IMG/VR virus record: IMGVR_UViG_3300042301_004035
Strand: one strand, 5' to 3'
DNA from: a virus
Taxonomy: Duplodnaviria > Caudoviricetes
DNA length: 64,000 nucleotides
Shown: piece by piece, positions 50,781 to 62,300 of the stretch
Layout of the letters: each line of letters starts with the position of its first letter
Position numbering within the stretch: the first letter of the stretch is position 1
Notes under the pieces: model-generated
The model's input: only the letters and a program-made list of their open reading frames with translations
Told to the model about the DNA's origin: nothing
The model's database searches: none
Program-made: the position numbers and the translations under genes

Positions 50781-52853
50781 TGAGTTTAGTCTAGACTCAA
50801 GTTCTTCTACTTTAGCTGATAACTCTTGAACTGCCTTAACTAAAAGTGGTATAAAATCCATTTCTTTCCACATTTTTGGTTTCCAAGCTGAAAAATCAAA
50901 TGCTCCACCTGGTTGATCGTGTGGCAACGATGCGTCTGGAGATTCATAAACTGTTAGCAAGGGTTGATCTTCAGCCATTTCTTCAGCTATAAAACCATAT
51001 GATTTATTAAATTCATTTATTGCTTTAGCTTCTTCTGTCCAAGGTTCTCCAGTCCAAGGATCAACTTTATCAAAGGCATCTATGTTCCAATTGAAAACTC
51101 TTGGTCTAACTGTCTTTAAGATATCTAATGCGTCTGGTATATTTTCTATATTGTACTTGTATTCTCTTTTTGAAGAAGGAGAACATAATGCCTCTACTGA
51201 ACCTGCGCCATGGACTCTTGCATTTGTACTGCTTCCAGTAGAATTAAAAACTCCACTACATCTATATCTAAATCCTGCATCTATCTCAATATTAGTTGCC
51301 TGAATAAATCCACCTGTATCAACATATAGATCACCCAGGAGTATGGCAGATCCGCTTATGGTTCCACCAAATAAACGATCTGCGCTTAATGTTCCAGCGG
51401 TAATTAAATCGGCGTTTATTGTGCCTGTCGTTATTCTATCTCCGCTAATTATGGTAGTGCCATTATCTATCGAAACTTGTATTTCTCCAGCTGTTATTTT
51501 TGTTTCAGCTAATGCATATGCGGTGTCTGCATCCGATTGCGCAGCAGTTGCGGCATCTTGTGCGGATTGGATTAAAGATAATGTACTACCACCAGTAATG
51601 GTAACGTTACCCGTTATACTTAATGTTGAGCCATCCCAAGTTAATTTATCACCTAAAGAAAAGTTAGCTTGTCCACCAGAATTTTTACCAACAAAGAAAG
51701 CAGTGTTACCGCTAGCAAAAGTTCCGTTTCCGTAATACATTGTATTAGCAGATATTGTTAAGCCACCTATGAACCCATCTTCATATATCGTGACCCCAAA
51801 TTCATCCACAAGATCTTGAGCTATATTGCCGACTTCTTCAGCGTCTACCACATCTGAGCCATCGCTAAGCTTCAATACACCTTGTACTGTCAATATGCTA
51901 TTTGCCCATGTTAGCTTATTGCCCAAAGAAAACTTGTCAGTAGCATCAACATAGAATGCTGTATTCGCATCACTATAAAGACCTATGCCATCAACATTAT
52001 TGGTTAAAAATATAGAAGCGTTTCCACTATTGTTTAAAGATGTCCTACCTGTTAAAGTGAGACTATTAGCCGTGACATCGCCAGTGTTAGTAACCCTAAA
52101 TGGAGCCACTGAAAAGCTAGTGCTATTTGAACCGCTCCACATGTTTCCATTCGAATCAACATGGAATGACGTCGCGTCTGATGTTCCTTGATCTTCGCCA
52201 ATATCTAAACTAGACCTGATGCTAGCGTCATTAAACACAGCTTTTCCATCGCCACTTATCTTCCAACCAGTTCCACCAAATGTAGTATTCGCTGCGGCAT
52301 AGTTGTTAGATTTTAGAATGGAGTTAGCCCCAGACAAGGTTATTGTTTGTGCGCCTATTGTTCCAGCTGTTATTTTTGATGCAGTTAAGCTGCTGATATA
52401 TTGGCTATCAATTAGCGGTGTTGATTGATCAGTTTGAGTTAAAGCTGTCCATGGACCAAGATTACCAGTCGTGTCTACTGATCTAACTCTGCCCCAATAA
52501 GTTTTAGCGACCGTGTCTGTACTGTTTGGTACCGCTACCGTAAAAACGTTTGCGGAACTAAAACCTGTTGAAGTAGCTGTCCCCGTGCCGGCACCATTGT
52601 CGTATAATTCATATTCATATTTGTCTATATCTAAATCATTACTAAAGTCAAAAACAAACATGACATTTTCAAATGATGCATATAGAGCTAAATTAGATAT
52701 GGCGTCTGGTATCGTGGTATCTTTAGGAATTGAAACTAATATAGAATCTACGCTTTCTGAATAAGCGTTAATGTCGGTATTTTTGGTTCTGACACTAAAT
52801 ATATAATTCTTGCCTGGTTTTAAGTTTTCAATTTTTTTTATAATCTCAGCCAT
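50778..52853 (-). CDS. Tail fibre/spike with FN3-like N-terminus and C-terminal peptidase S74 intramolecular chaperone
   Basis: YWGRVRSVDTTGNLGPW; ASKITAGTI repeats; SSKREYKYNIENI..L.ILKTVRPRVFNW..YGFIAEEM..LVKAVQELSAKVEELE. Confidence 0.8.
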   Translation of the reverse strand: MAEIIKKIENLKPGKNYIFSVRTKNTDINAYSESVDSILVSIPKDTTIPDAISNLALYASFENVMFVFDFSNDLDIDKYEYELYDNGAGTGTATSTGFSSANVFTVAVPNSTDTVAKTYWGRVRSVDTTGNLGPWTALTQTDQSTPLIDSQYISSLTASKITAGTIGAQTITLSGANSILKSNNYAAANTTFGGTGWKISGDGKAVFNDASIRSSLDIGEDQGTSDATSFHVDSNGNMWSGSNSTSFSVAPFRVTNTGDVTANSLTLTGRTSLNNSGNASIFLTNNVDGIGLYSDANTAFYVDATDKFSLGNKLTWANSILTVQGVLKLSDGSDVVDAEEVGNIAQDLVDEFGVTIYEDGFIGGLTISANTMYYGNGTFASGNTAFFVGKNSGGQANFSLGDKLTWDGSTLSITGNVTITGGSTLSLIQSAQDAATAAQSDADTAYALAETKITAGEIQVSIDNGTTIISGDRITTGTINADLITAGTLSADRLFGGTISGSAILLGDLYVDTGGFIQATNIEIDAGFRYRCSGVFNSTGSSTNARVHGAGSVEALCSPSSKREYKYNIENIPDALDILKTVRPRVFNWNIDAFDKVDPWTGEPWTEEAKAINEFNKSYGFIAEEMAEDQPLLTVYESPDASLPHDQPGGAFDFSAWKPKMWKEMDFIPLLVKAVQELSAKVEELESRLNS

Positions 52854-53794
52854 TACAAAGTTGCTCCTGTGACGATTCTTCCTAATAATGAAGAACTTAC
52901 TTCCTCTTTATTCAAAGTTAAATAATTATTTAAAGAAAAACTATATTTTTTTATATTTATTTTTCCATCTGAAGATAGTATATTTTTTTCATAGTTAGAA
53001 ACTATTTCAAATACATAGTTTTTATACGATAAATCTGTCTTAGAAAAGACTAGCGCATCTGTGCTTTTGTTTTGATTGTACAGATCAATTTCTTGCCAAT
53101 CTAAAACAACTTTATTGTCTATATCTTGATCCGAACCATAGGCTGTGATTCTTATTCTGAACTTACCGTAGTCAGGACCTTTGTCAGAGTATATCTTTAT
53201 GCTTGGTCCAGTAAAAGTTCCTATTAAAGAAGCCCCTGGATTTTTAGAAACACCAGAATCCCAATTAGACTCACTGTTGACAAATGATAAATTATAGTAA
53301 TTATTTGAATTTAAATCCCTTATATATGAAGAAACATTTACATCTTCTTCAGAAGAAACAAATTGTGATTCTGATTCTTCGCAAGCTTGATACTGATTAT
53401 CTTGGGTTCTCTTTTTAATTAATTTTAAATTTGGAGTTTTATAATATAAACTATATTGTTTATTAATATCAATATCCTTTGAGTGATTTTCCGCTGCTTT
53501 AAAATATAAAAGATTATCAACAATTTGAGTTATTACCGGAGTTGAATCATAATTTTCAGAAGACTTATCTTCATAAACAACTAAATAAGAATCTGGATCA
53601 ACGGAAGCTGTTTTGGTAAAAATTGAACCTTCTTTATTTAAAGCGTAGTAAATGTCAACATCTAAATTTTCTACATCAATAAAAAGCCAAGAATCTTTAA
53701 CAATGTTTTCTTTAGCTATTGGAAAAGTTATTTTTTTCCTTAAATTAGGATAAACATAATTTCCATCTAAATCATAATATCTAAACCAAGCCAT
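52853..53794 (-). CDS. Hypothetical virion protein (possible carbohydrate-binding beta-sandwich)
   Basis: FTGPSIKIYSDKGPDYGKFRI resembles galactose-binding-like modules; stop/start coupled. Confidence 0.45.
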   Translation of the reverse strand: MAWFRYYDLDGNYVYPNLRKKITFPIAKENIVKDSWLFIDVENLDVDIYYALNKEGSIFTKTASVDPDSYLVVYEDKSSENYDSTPVITQIVDNLLYFKAAENHSKDIDINKQYSLYYKTPNLKLIKKRTQDNQYQACEESESQFVSSEEDVNVSSYIRDLNSNNYYNLSFVNSESNWDSGVSKNPGASLIGTFTGPSIKIYSDKGPDYGKFRIRITAYGSDQDIDNKVVLDWQEIDLYNQNKSTDALVFSKTDLSYKNYVFEIVSNYEKNILSSDGKINIKKYSFSLNNYLTLNKEEVSSSLLGRIVTGATL

Positions 53795-53796
53795 AA

Positions 53797-55362
53797 TTAA
53801 ACCTCATAAACAAAAACTTCATATTCGTGATTGACAGCAACATCGCCATCTTCTATCTCTATCGTTATTACGGCATCAACGACCGGTATTCCACCATCTA
53901 TTATATCCTGTTGTATGTTCGTAATCTGTATAGACTTAGCTTTAGGTACAACTACAGTAGTATCTGTTCTCACAATATCATAATCAATGTCTGTTGATTT
54001 AATTTTTTGGCTACCGTCATTACCCGTATGCGCGTGACCAGATAGTGAAACTCCGTCTATCTTCATGCCAGGATCAACGGAAATATTCCCAGTTATTGTT
54101 CCGCCATCTTTTAGTAAATATTGTGGGTGATGATTTTCAGTTAGGTTATGTAAGCTTGCATGATCAGAAATTAAATCACTTTGATCTTTATAAGTTATAT
54201 GAGAATTCTTATATATTTCAGAATAATTATCTTCTGTTATTGTTTTGCGAATAACTTTTTTATTTTGTCCCTTAAATGAAAGTTGAAATATATAATTAGA
54301 ATATCTTCTCTTTTGTTGAATTAGGTCTAACAATTTTTCTACTCTAGATCTTATAATTTGATTTCTTTGTATCAAGTCGCTGAGTATCATGCCGAAGTTT
54401 GCATTTATTACATTTGTGGCGATAACTAACTCTTCTGTTAAAGTTGGGAATCTAGATGCAAATGTTGTTGTATAGAAGTTTGCCTCCATAGGAGAAACTA
54501 TCTTTGTTTTAAAATTTAGTGTTTGTGATAAATACCTATCATAAAAAATACTGCAGTTATCTACGTAATCTCTTTTTAGATTATTTAATAAACTGGCGAT
54601 TTCTTCGTTTAAAGCTTCTAGTCTAATCGAAAAAAATGCTTGGAATTCAACGGCTTGTTTTTCTGTAATTTGATCCAGTTCGGAAGCTGTGATTTCTCCT
54701 GGTGATGAAGAGATCGATTTGACAATGCGTTGCGTGCATTGTGCTGCGACCTTTGCCCATGCGTCGAATTGTACTGCAACTTCTTTTTGTGAGTCATCTT
54801 CATACTGCTCCTGGAAATTTATTAATATAAAATTTTTAATATAAAAAGCTTCATTTAACATTGCGTTTAATAAATTCCTATAATTTAACAAATAAGAAAA
54901 AACGCTTTGTGAACAAATTTGGTTAAACTCGGCTATAAATCTTCTGGCAACCGTAGACATAGATCTTTCGGCGTATTTATATTCTTCAAAGGAAACAAAA
55001 TCTGGTTCCGGCAGTTTGACGTCGTTATATTTGCATAATTCCTCCCAAAGTTTTGTGTGACATTCTTCCATATTTGGAGTTAATTTTTGATCTAGATAAA
55101 CTTTATATAATATATTATCTATGGACTTAATTGTTTCTTGAATGTAATTATATGTTTGAAAAGATTGATTTTTTAAAAAGTTTAAATCAACTGTCATACT
55201 TGGTATTAAGCTGTAATCAAGATTTGTTGGGATACTATTAGCGTATTTATTTACAGTAATGTCGTCTCTTGTTTCTTCTTCAAAAAAAGATACGTCCGTT
55301 TTATAGCCACCAAATATGTCACTGGTTGGACCAAAATTATTTTCGATGTTGTTAATAGACAT
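53797..55362 (-). CDS. Hypothetical structural protein
   Basis: Helical N-terminus; HHPQYLLKDGGTITG and LSGHAHTG motifs typical of baseplate/fibre proteins. Confidence 0.5.
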   Translation of the reverse strand: MSINNIENNFGPTSDIFGGYKTDVSFFEEETRDDITVNKYANSIPTNLDYSLIPSMTVDLNFLKNQSFQTYNYIQETIKSIDNILYKVYLDQKLTPNMEECHTKLWEELCKYNDVKLPEPDFVSFEEYKYAERSMSTVARRFIAEFNQICSQSVFSYLLNYRNLLNAMLNEAFYIKNFILINFQEQYEDDSQKEVAVQFDAWAKVAAQCTQRIVKSISSSPGEITASELDQITEKQAVEFQAFFSIRLEALNEEIASLLNNLKRDYVDNCSIFYDRYLSQTLNFKTKIVSPMEANFYTTTFASRFPTLTEELVIATNVINANFGMILSDLIQRNQIIRSRVEKLLDLIQQKRRYSNYIFQLSFKGQNKKVIRKTITEDNYSEIYKNSHITYKDQSDLISDHASLHNLTENHHPQYLLKDGGTITGNISVDPGMKIDGVSLSGHAHTGNDGSQKIKSTDIDYDIVRTDTTVVVPKAKSIQITNIQQDIIDGGIPVVDAVITIEIEDGDVAVNHEYEVFVYEV

Positions 55363-55364
55363 AA

Positions 55365-57215
55365 TTAAAACATCTTTCTTTTACCGTTAGATATAACAGA
55401 ACTTTTTTTTCTAAACTTAGTTGCAGCCAAACCATCATTTCTGCCAACTATTGCATACTTTGGTTTTTCTTCTTCATCTTGGACCGTATTAACCTTTGGC
55501 ATGTAAAAGTCGTTAGAGAAAGTTTCGGTATTCATAGCATAGTTACCTTTTGAAAATTCTCCATAGTTTTGGGTTATAGCTAAAAGTGCTAACATTAAAG
55601 CGTCGTGCGCGTGGTCCATTGCGGTTCCGCTTGCTTCAAATATTGGTCTCCCAATTTGAGTTGTTCTTATCACAACATATGAAATTAATTGGAGATAAAG
55701 TTCTTCGTCCGATTCTGGAAAAACTATTTTTTCTTTTTCCAAGAACTGACGAAGATTATCTACCATGTACGGTTTTATTTCTTTTTTAACCAACATTTTT
55801 GTGTATGGGTCTCTCACCTCTATCGCCTCAGCAAAAGATACGCCTTTAACCTTTTCTTTAAGACCGGATCTAGGATTCTCAACGCCATATTTGTGCAGTA
55901 GTTCGACCTGGACTTCTCCAAATCCTCTGTCAACATAAATATGTTTTGGTTTGAATATTTCGTTAAGCTCAAATATTCTGTCTACAGCTTTAGTTAAAGT
56001 ATATTCAGACCTATCTATTTCTTCCCTATATGCCACTCTGGATCTTCCTCTAAATCTTGGATCCTCGTGGTTATCTGAGCATGCTTCAACAACAACTATG
56101 TTAGTCCCAGCTCCGTATTTGTCCCAGTCAACGCCTATAACATGGAAAGATCTTGCCGAAGTTATCTCTGGCTCATAAGTCCACGAAGGGCTAAGAAATG
56201 CTTTGTCCACAAATTTTCTTGGGTATACGCCTTCTGAGTCTTCGCCCCAGTCTGCTTCTATTTCATGGCGATAACCCATTTCGGTGTATTGTTCTCTAAA
56301 CTCATCTTCTTGATCTTTAGAAAAATAAGGGTTGCAATATGATGGAAACCAAAATTCTTGGAACCTTTCAGACCTGCACCATTCCCAAAATTTTTCTCTT
56401 CTACCAGTTGGGGTAGAAGCACCAATCATCATTTTGTCTGGTTGATCTTCTGCAGTTTTCTGCAACATAGCATACAATGCATCTAGGTCATCCGTATGCA
56501 TGTAGTCCATTTCGTCTAACACAATCACGTGTGCTTCCTGACCACGAGCTACGTCTGACTTACCACCGGAACGCATACCAGATGTAAAGAATCTAATAGT
56601 TGAACCGTTAGAAAATTCCATCATAAATTGAGGGCTGCTAACTTTTCTTGTTATTGAATTCATAACAACTTCGTTTTTGCCAGCTATTCTTCCAATTTCC
56701 TGGTAAATAAGTTCTACCTGTGTTTTCATTGGAGCAATAACAAGACACCTACCATCTTTATGCGTGTAACTGTAATGCAAAAGTGTAATGGCAAGTGTAA
56801 AAGTTTTCCCTAAACGACGACCAGCTCTTAATACTTTTCTTAATGATGGATCTCTTAGTATTAATATTTGATAAACTCTAGGTTGAACCTGTAAAAAGTT
56901 TTTTGCCCAAACAACAGGATCTTTAGCTAAATGCATTTGCCTTTGTTGTTCGCCAGATATTCCAACATCTAAAAGTTCTCTATCTATCTCAAATGGTTCA
57001 TCAATTAAGAAAGATAATTCTCTATTAGTTAGAGGTCTTCCAGTTATGGGTGTCCCATCAGCCCAGTTAATGTGTTGTAGTTTATTTTCAAAAACCCATT
57101 CAATTCTATTAACCTGTTTAAACAATTCTATATCTTGATCTTTAATTAATTCTAAAAGATCTTCTCTAGAAAGTTTTTCTAGTCTTCTTCTAAATTCTTT
57201 AGTTTTATGATCCAT
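55365..57215 (-). CDS. terL: Terminase large subunit
   Basis: RAGRRLGKT (Walker A), VIVLDEMD (Walker B), GASTP coupling motif, nuclease IGVDWD and HAHDAL. Confidence 0.95.
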   Translation of the reverse strand: MDHKTKEFRRRLEKLSREDLLELIKDQDIELFKQVNRIEWVFENKLQHINWADGTPITGRPLTNRELSFLIDEPFEIDRELLDVGISGEQQRQMHLAKDPVVWAKNFLQVQPRVYQILILRDPSLRKVLRAGRRLGKTFTLAITLLHYSYTHKDGRCLVIAPMKTQVELIYQEIGRIAGKNEVVMNSITRKVSSPQFMMEFSNGSTIRFFTSGMRSGGKSDVARGQEAHVIVLDEMDYMHTDDLDALYAMLQKTAEDQPDKMMIGASTPTGRREKFWEWCRSERFQEFWFPSYCNPYFSKDQEDEFREQYTEMGYRHEIEADWGEDSEGVYPRKFVDKAFLSPSWTYEPEITSARSFHVIGVDWDKYGAGTNIVVVEACSDNHEDPRFRGRSRVAYREEIDRSEYTLTKAVDRIFELNEIFKPKHIYVDRGFGEVQVELLHKYGVENPRSGLKEKVKGVSFAEAIEVRDPYTKMLVKKEIKPYMVDNLRQFLEKEKIVFPESDEELYLQLISYVVIRTTQIGRPIFEASGTAMDHAHDALMLALLAITQNYGEFSKGNYAMNTETFSNDFYMPKVNTVQDEEEKPKYAIVGRNDGLAATKFRKKSSVISNGKRKMF

Positions 57216-57217
57216 AA

Positions 57218-58624
57218 TTACCCAAAATGAGCTGCCATCATAGACGCTTCCGAACCCAATGCGCTTCTTGCATTTAACCTAGAATTTTGTATAGCCATAA
57301 CGCCTCTTGACCTCGATGTAGCAGCTGCTTCAGTGTCTCTATATCCCATCCCAAACATAGGTTTACTAAATGATCCTTGTAAGGATTTTTCTGCGTCTCT
57401 AGCTAAGTTTATACCACTTTTGATTACTTCGCCACCCATTTTGCCAATATCATAAACTAAAGATGCTGTAGCTAATAAATTAAGCCCAGGGATAGCCATT
57501 GCTGCACCTCTTGCCCCAAGCACCTTCATGCCGGCTTTAGTGCTAAAGGCTTCCATCGTACCTTTTGCTCCAAGAGTTTTGAATGCACCTTCTTTAAGAA
57601 TTTGTTTTGCAGCAGTTTCTCCTGCAAGTTTTTCTCCAGCTTTACCAGCAATTCCCTCTGTGCCTAAAGCACTAGTCATGTTGGCTATCGCCTTTTGAGC
57701 ACCAGCGAAAGCTTCGCCTTCAAGCCCAGCTACACCAGCAAATCCTTGTGCTCCTCTAAAGTACCCAGACATATAGCGGGTACCTTTACCTGCCATAGAA
57801 GATGCCAATAGGTTTCCCCTAGCTCCAATCTCACCACTTCTTGCAGCCACCATTCCTTCTGATAATGCTGTTCCAGAACTTGTCATTCTTTCAAGCATCG
57901 GTATTCCAGCTGGAGACCCCATTGTCATTGTCGTCATTCGTGCATTATTCATTCCAGCCATTCTTTGTATACCGATATCTGATTGACTCAATCTTGACAT
58001 GGCTCTTGCATTTCCGCTTAGCGCTTTACGTTCTAATAAATCCATTTTTCTTCCAGCGGTTATTCCAGAAAACAAACCAGGGCCAAGAAGAGCTTCATCT
58101 CTTGCCGTTCCACTTGCTTCTGCCAATTTTCCCAAAGGACCGAACCTTGCCTTAGAAAGAGGACCCCTTATACCTTGTGCGTAAGTGTACGTTCTTTGGT
58201 CTTCAGCAAATGCACTTAAGCTTGACATCCTTCTTAGTGCTCTAGGTCTAGCTGTTACAGTGTTAACTCTTGCACCATAATAAATTGGTTGTCTTCCTGC
58301 TTCCCCTGCGAGTCTAGCTCCCCTTTTACCCCTTCTACCAAAAGAAAGAAATTGTTGTCCAGAACTCAAATCATTTGGGTCAAGACTCATTGCCCCACTT
58401 CTAAAAGCTCCATACCTTTGAGCCTTTTTGTCTACCCCAAACCTCGAGGCGTCGTCCATGAATCCGCCGCCAGCCATAATTGTTCTAGCACCACGGCCAG
58501 CCTGGAACCCAATACCCGCAGTTATCCCAGGAAGATTTTCTAACGTTCTTGCATACAGAGGAGTTTCAAGCATCTCGTCTTGAGTATAAGGCTTTGGCAT
58601 TCCTGTCATTGGATCGATTGGCAT
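57218..58624 (-). CDS. Gly/Ala/Arg-rich virion (ejection-like) protein
   Basis: Basic, Gly/Ala-rich, hydrophobic C-terminal helix; ends AATSRSRGVMAIQNSRLNARSALGSEA. Confidence 0.5.
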   Translation of the reverse strand: MPIDPMTGMPKPYTQDEMLETPLYARTLENLPGITAGIGFQAGRGARTIMAGGGFMDDASRFGVDKKAQRYGAFRSGAMSLDPNDLSSGQQFLSFGRRGKRGARLAGEAGRQPIYYGARVNTVTARPRALRRMSSLSAFAEDQRTYTYAQGIRGPLSKARFGPLGKLAEASGTARDEALLGPGLFSGITAGRKMDLLERKALSGNARAMSRLSQSDIGIQRMAGMNNARMTTMTMGSPAGIPMLERMTSSGTALSEGMVAARSGEIGARGNLLASSMAGKGTRYMSGYFRGAQGFAGVAGLEGEAFAGAQKAIANMTSALGTEGIAGKAGEKLAGETAAKQILKEGAFKTLGAKGTMEAFSTKAGMKVLGARGAAMAIPGLNLLATASLVYDIGKMGGEVIKSGINLARDAEKSLQGSFSKPMFGMGYRDTEAAATSRSRGVMAIQNSRLNARSALGSEASMMAAHFG

Positions 58625-59367
58625 TAGTAACTCTTCCTTGAATTATGCATTCCGAGAACTATATCTCCTGAAGCGTTTAATGCTTGAGCTGCTGCAAGTG
58701 AAGTGCTGTATGGGCTACTTGATAGTAGTTGTCTATTATCTCTTACTCTTGACATCGCCATGCCAGGCACTACAGCAGCGCCCCCGAGGCCGCCTATTGT
58801 TGCCCCGATTGCAGTTCCTATGGCTGCTTTTTTAAAACTTTTTCCATAGCCATAACCCAAACCACCTATTGCCCCACCTAAAGCTGTCCCGATGCCTGCT
58901 GTAGCAAGATTTGCACCAACGGTAGGATCTGGACCATAAACACTTAAAGTCTCACTCATGCCACCGCCTGAAGCTCCAACCGCTGCTCCGATTGCCCCTG
59001 CTCCAGCAATCATAGTTCCTCTCCCCATGCCATACCCAGCTAATTTGCCAAGTTCTGCGCCTTTAGGTATTAACTTTGCTGCTGCCCCGCCACCAATTAA
59101 TCCGCCAATTGCCATAGCTCCAAGGCCAAGGCCAACAGCACCAGCTGTACCGTGAGTCGCTGCTGCTCCCAAAAACCCACTAGACATAGGTCTCCCCATG
59201 AATGTTTCATCTGCATACGGATCGTTGAAGGCTGCATCTAAAACTGCTTCTTTAGCTGATGGGCCTATACCTTTAGCAACACCGGCCAAACCAATTGCGC
59301 CCATAGCTAAGCCAGTCGTTCCGCCAAACTTACTTCCAACTTTTGCTCCAACATTTAATAAACCCAT
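58624..59367 (-). CDS. Glycine-zipper membrane protein
   Basis: Multiple GxxxG hydrophobic helices (GLGLGAMAIGGLIGGG; AIGTAIGATIGGLGG). Confidence 0.6.
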   Translation of the reverse strand: MGLLNVGAKVGSKFGGTTGLAMGAIGLAGVAKGIGPSAKEAVLDAAFNDPYADETFMGRPMSSGFLGAAATHGTAGAVGLGLGAMAIGGLIGGGAAAKLIPKGAELGKLAGYGMGRGTMIAGAGAIGAAVGASGGGMSETLSVYGPDPTVGANLATAGIGTALGGAIGGLGYGYGKSFKKAAIGTAIGATIGGLGGAAVVPGMAMSRVRDNRQLLSSSPYSTSLAAAQALNASGDIVLGMHNSRKSY

Positions 59368-59372
59368 TTAAT

Positions 59373-62300
59373 TTATCCTCCAAATAAATGAGCGTGTTTT
59401 TTTGAACTCATATTATGATGGCCAATTTTATTTCTATCCAAATTCCCAACAACTCCAGCAGTAACAAGCGGATCTCTTCTATATGAAGAAAGACTAGCTT
59501 GAGGTTGCATTGTTTGTCTCATCATTTCACCATTAGACACCTTTTGTGTTATTGGCTGTTGCTGTATTGTTTCGTCGTAAATTTGGTTTTCTTTATGCTT
59601 ACCATACATATAGTAACCAACTCCTGCTGCAAGTATGCCAGCACCAGTCCCATAAATTGATTTTTTATTTTCTATAAAAAAGTTTAAAGCTTTATTTTCA
59701 CCAAAACCAAGCCTAGATCTAGTCATAACTTTTCTAGCTTCTGCAGCCGTACCATCCTGGCTTAAAATGTCTGCTGCTTTATTAAGCGAGTTAATGACAC
59801 CCTTATTGGTTTCTTCCATTCTTCCGGAAACTCCAGCTGCTGCCAATGTTGCTTCATCGGCAAAAGCTGAAACCCTAACGGTATCGCCAACTACATCTAA
59901 GTGTGATGCTCTTTCTGTTATTAGTTTATCGTTGATTAAATCCCAGCCAGCTCTTAATAAACTCTTAATTGTTCCTTCTGCCCTTTCTCCACTCTGAGTA
60001 GCGTATCCTATTCCTCCTTCTTGGAAGCTTGACGCCAAAACTGAAACTAAATGACCTTTATCTTTCCCAGATAAATCCATAGATGCTTGAAATTCTGCCC
60101 CTAAATTTTGGAGAGCTCTTACCTTACTAACACCTTCTTCTACTCCAACATCTGTTGCTCTTGCGGTGTGTGCTGCCAAAGCGTCATCTACAAGTTGCGC
60201 TGCTATTGCTTCATAATCTGTAGATTTTGCTTCTGAACCTAATTGCCAAAAAAGATTTATTGTATTTTGATTTTCATTATTTTTAAGTACGCTTAAAGAA
60301 ACTTTTCCTTTTTGCATTGCGTTTTCGCCAATAGTAGATTTTATTGATTCACTATTTAATACATCTTGCAAAACTTCTGTTGGCAAAAATACTCTTGATC
60401 CAACTTCTATAGAAGATCCTGTTGAAGTTTTTAATCCGAGGTAAGCTTCTTTTTGTGCTTGGAAATGTGATACACCTGTTTCAGATAATATGTCCATATA
60501 AGAAGAATAATTTAGACTTTCTAATTGAGCTTTCAAAGATGCTTTTACTTCCTCACTTACTCCTTCTTGAGTAAGTTTATTTGCAATAGTTGTTCTAGCT
60601 AACTCTGCGTTAGCTTGTGTGCCTTCCGACATAATCGTACTAAATACTCTACTTTTTGCGTCGAGGAAATCATAACCGATTCCACTTTTACCAGCTGCTT
60701 TCGATGCATCTAGTGTTCTCACCAAATAGTCATCTAGGTTATTGACACCAAAACCGAGCTGGAAAGGCGCTTCTGCCGATCTTCCGCCTATGCTTATTTT
60801 TACTGCTTCAGATAAAGTTGGAGCAGAAGAAAAATTCTTATATACTTTTCCTATAGATCCGAGTATGCTTTCTTTGGTTATTTCTCCAGAAGCTGATTCC
60901 CCAACAGCTTGTGTTATTTTTCTTATTTCTTGTATTCTACTTTCTTGTCCATATGTAATGCCAAAGTTAGCAATTGAATTTATTGCGTCTGCATTACCAG
61001 CCCTTGCTGCGGCTATAGTTTTTCTAACCTCATATGCTCCTCTGTCTGCACTACCGCCCATGTAGTCCACAACGCCTTCTGGAGAATGTTGAACAAATTT
61101 AGCTTGAGTTGTATCATATCTAATGTAACCTTTTGTTACATCTTTATCTGCAAACATTGTTACACTTTTAGTTCCTTCATCTGTTAAAAGATAATTAAAA
61201 GTTGCTTCAGACAAATGTTGTACATCAGCTATATTTTTGGTTGGAACATTAGCGCTAGATCTATAAATTTTTCTTCTCATATTGTCGGCTATTTGCTTTG
61301 CGTCTTCTGACAAAGCTTCGTATACGGAACTACTTCTTCCTCCTCCTGGCCTAGCCAATTGAAGTCTTTCCTTATCTGACGTTGTATATCTAAAAATAAA
61401 ACTTTGCAAAAGTGTGTCATTATCTGCTAAGTGAGAACCTCTTTGCATTTTGTCAAGTAACATTTTTGCTGCTTCATCTCCGGCTTCTGCGTCTCTTACT
61501 ATTCTAGCTGTGAGATCGGTATTTAAAGACATTGCTTCCACAGATGAATATGCTGCTCCGCCACCGACTTTTACATCAGCCATTGTTTCTGGAGAATACA
61601 TAAACTGCCTATGAAGTTCAGCTACTTTAGAATCAGTTCTTGTTATGCCAGTTCTTGCAAATTCATCATCGACAGCTTTGTTAACTAAATCATTCATGTA
61701 TGATCTATTATATTCTAGTGTGTCAACAAGTAAAGTTTCCCCACTTTTAATTCTAGAATGTAATCTTTCAATTGCAGCTTTTGCTTCAGAATGAGAAGAG
61801 TAACCCCCCATTTGTTTCATTGTTCCAGTTAACTTTTGAATATCAAAATTAATATTATGACCTGCAATAACTGAATTGGATTCAACTAGATTATTGATTA
61901 ATTTTACTCCTTCATCAAGAAAGTCTTTTCCACCATTTTCTGAACCAACAACTTTTCCAGAAGAAAATAAGTTTACAAAAGGATTACCTTCTCCATACAT
62001 TAACCCATTGAGTTGCGGTGATTTAAAGCTTGTATTTAATCCTGCTGATATCTTTCCACTGCTTGCTATATCCGCTGTAGCCATTTGAACTATTTGTGAA
62101 TTTCTAAATATTCCAGAAGTTTCAACGTCAAACATTTTTACTGATCTACCAGCAATAACTTCTGACATATTCCTCAATACAGTTTCACCGGTTATTTCAT
62201 CTATCTTAAACATCTGGCTTAAAGCTCTATGTCCCATAAGATTAGAAGTTCCAACATTAAATGCTTCAAAACCAGATTTATTTGGATTTACGTTAAACAT

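Noticed and set aside
55365-57215. Intein or intron in TerL, portal or MCP
   Set aside because: Sizes are ordinary; no C/S...HN splice motifs or homing-endonuclease signatures
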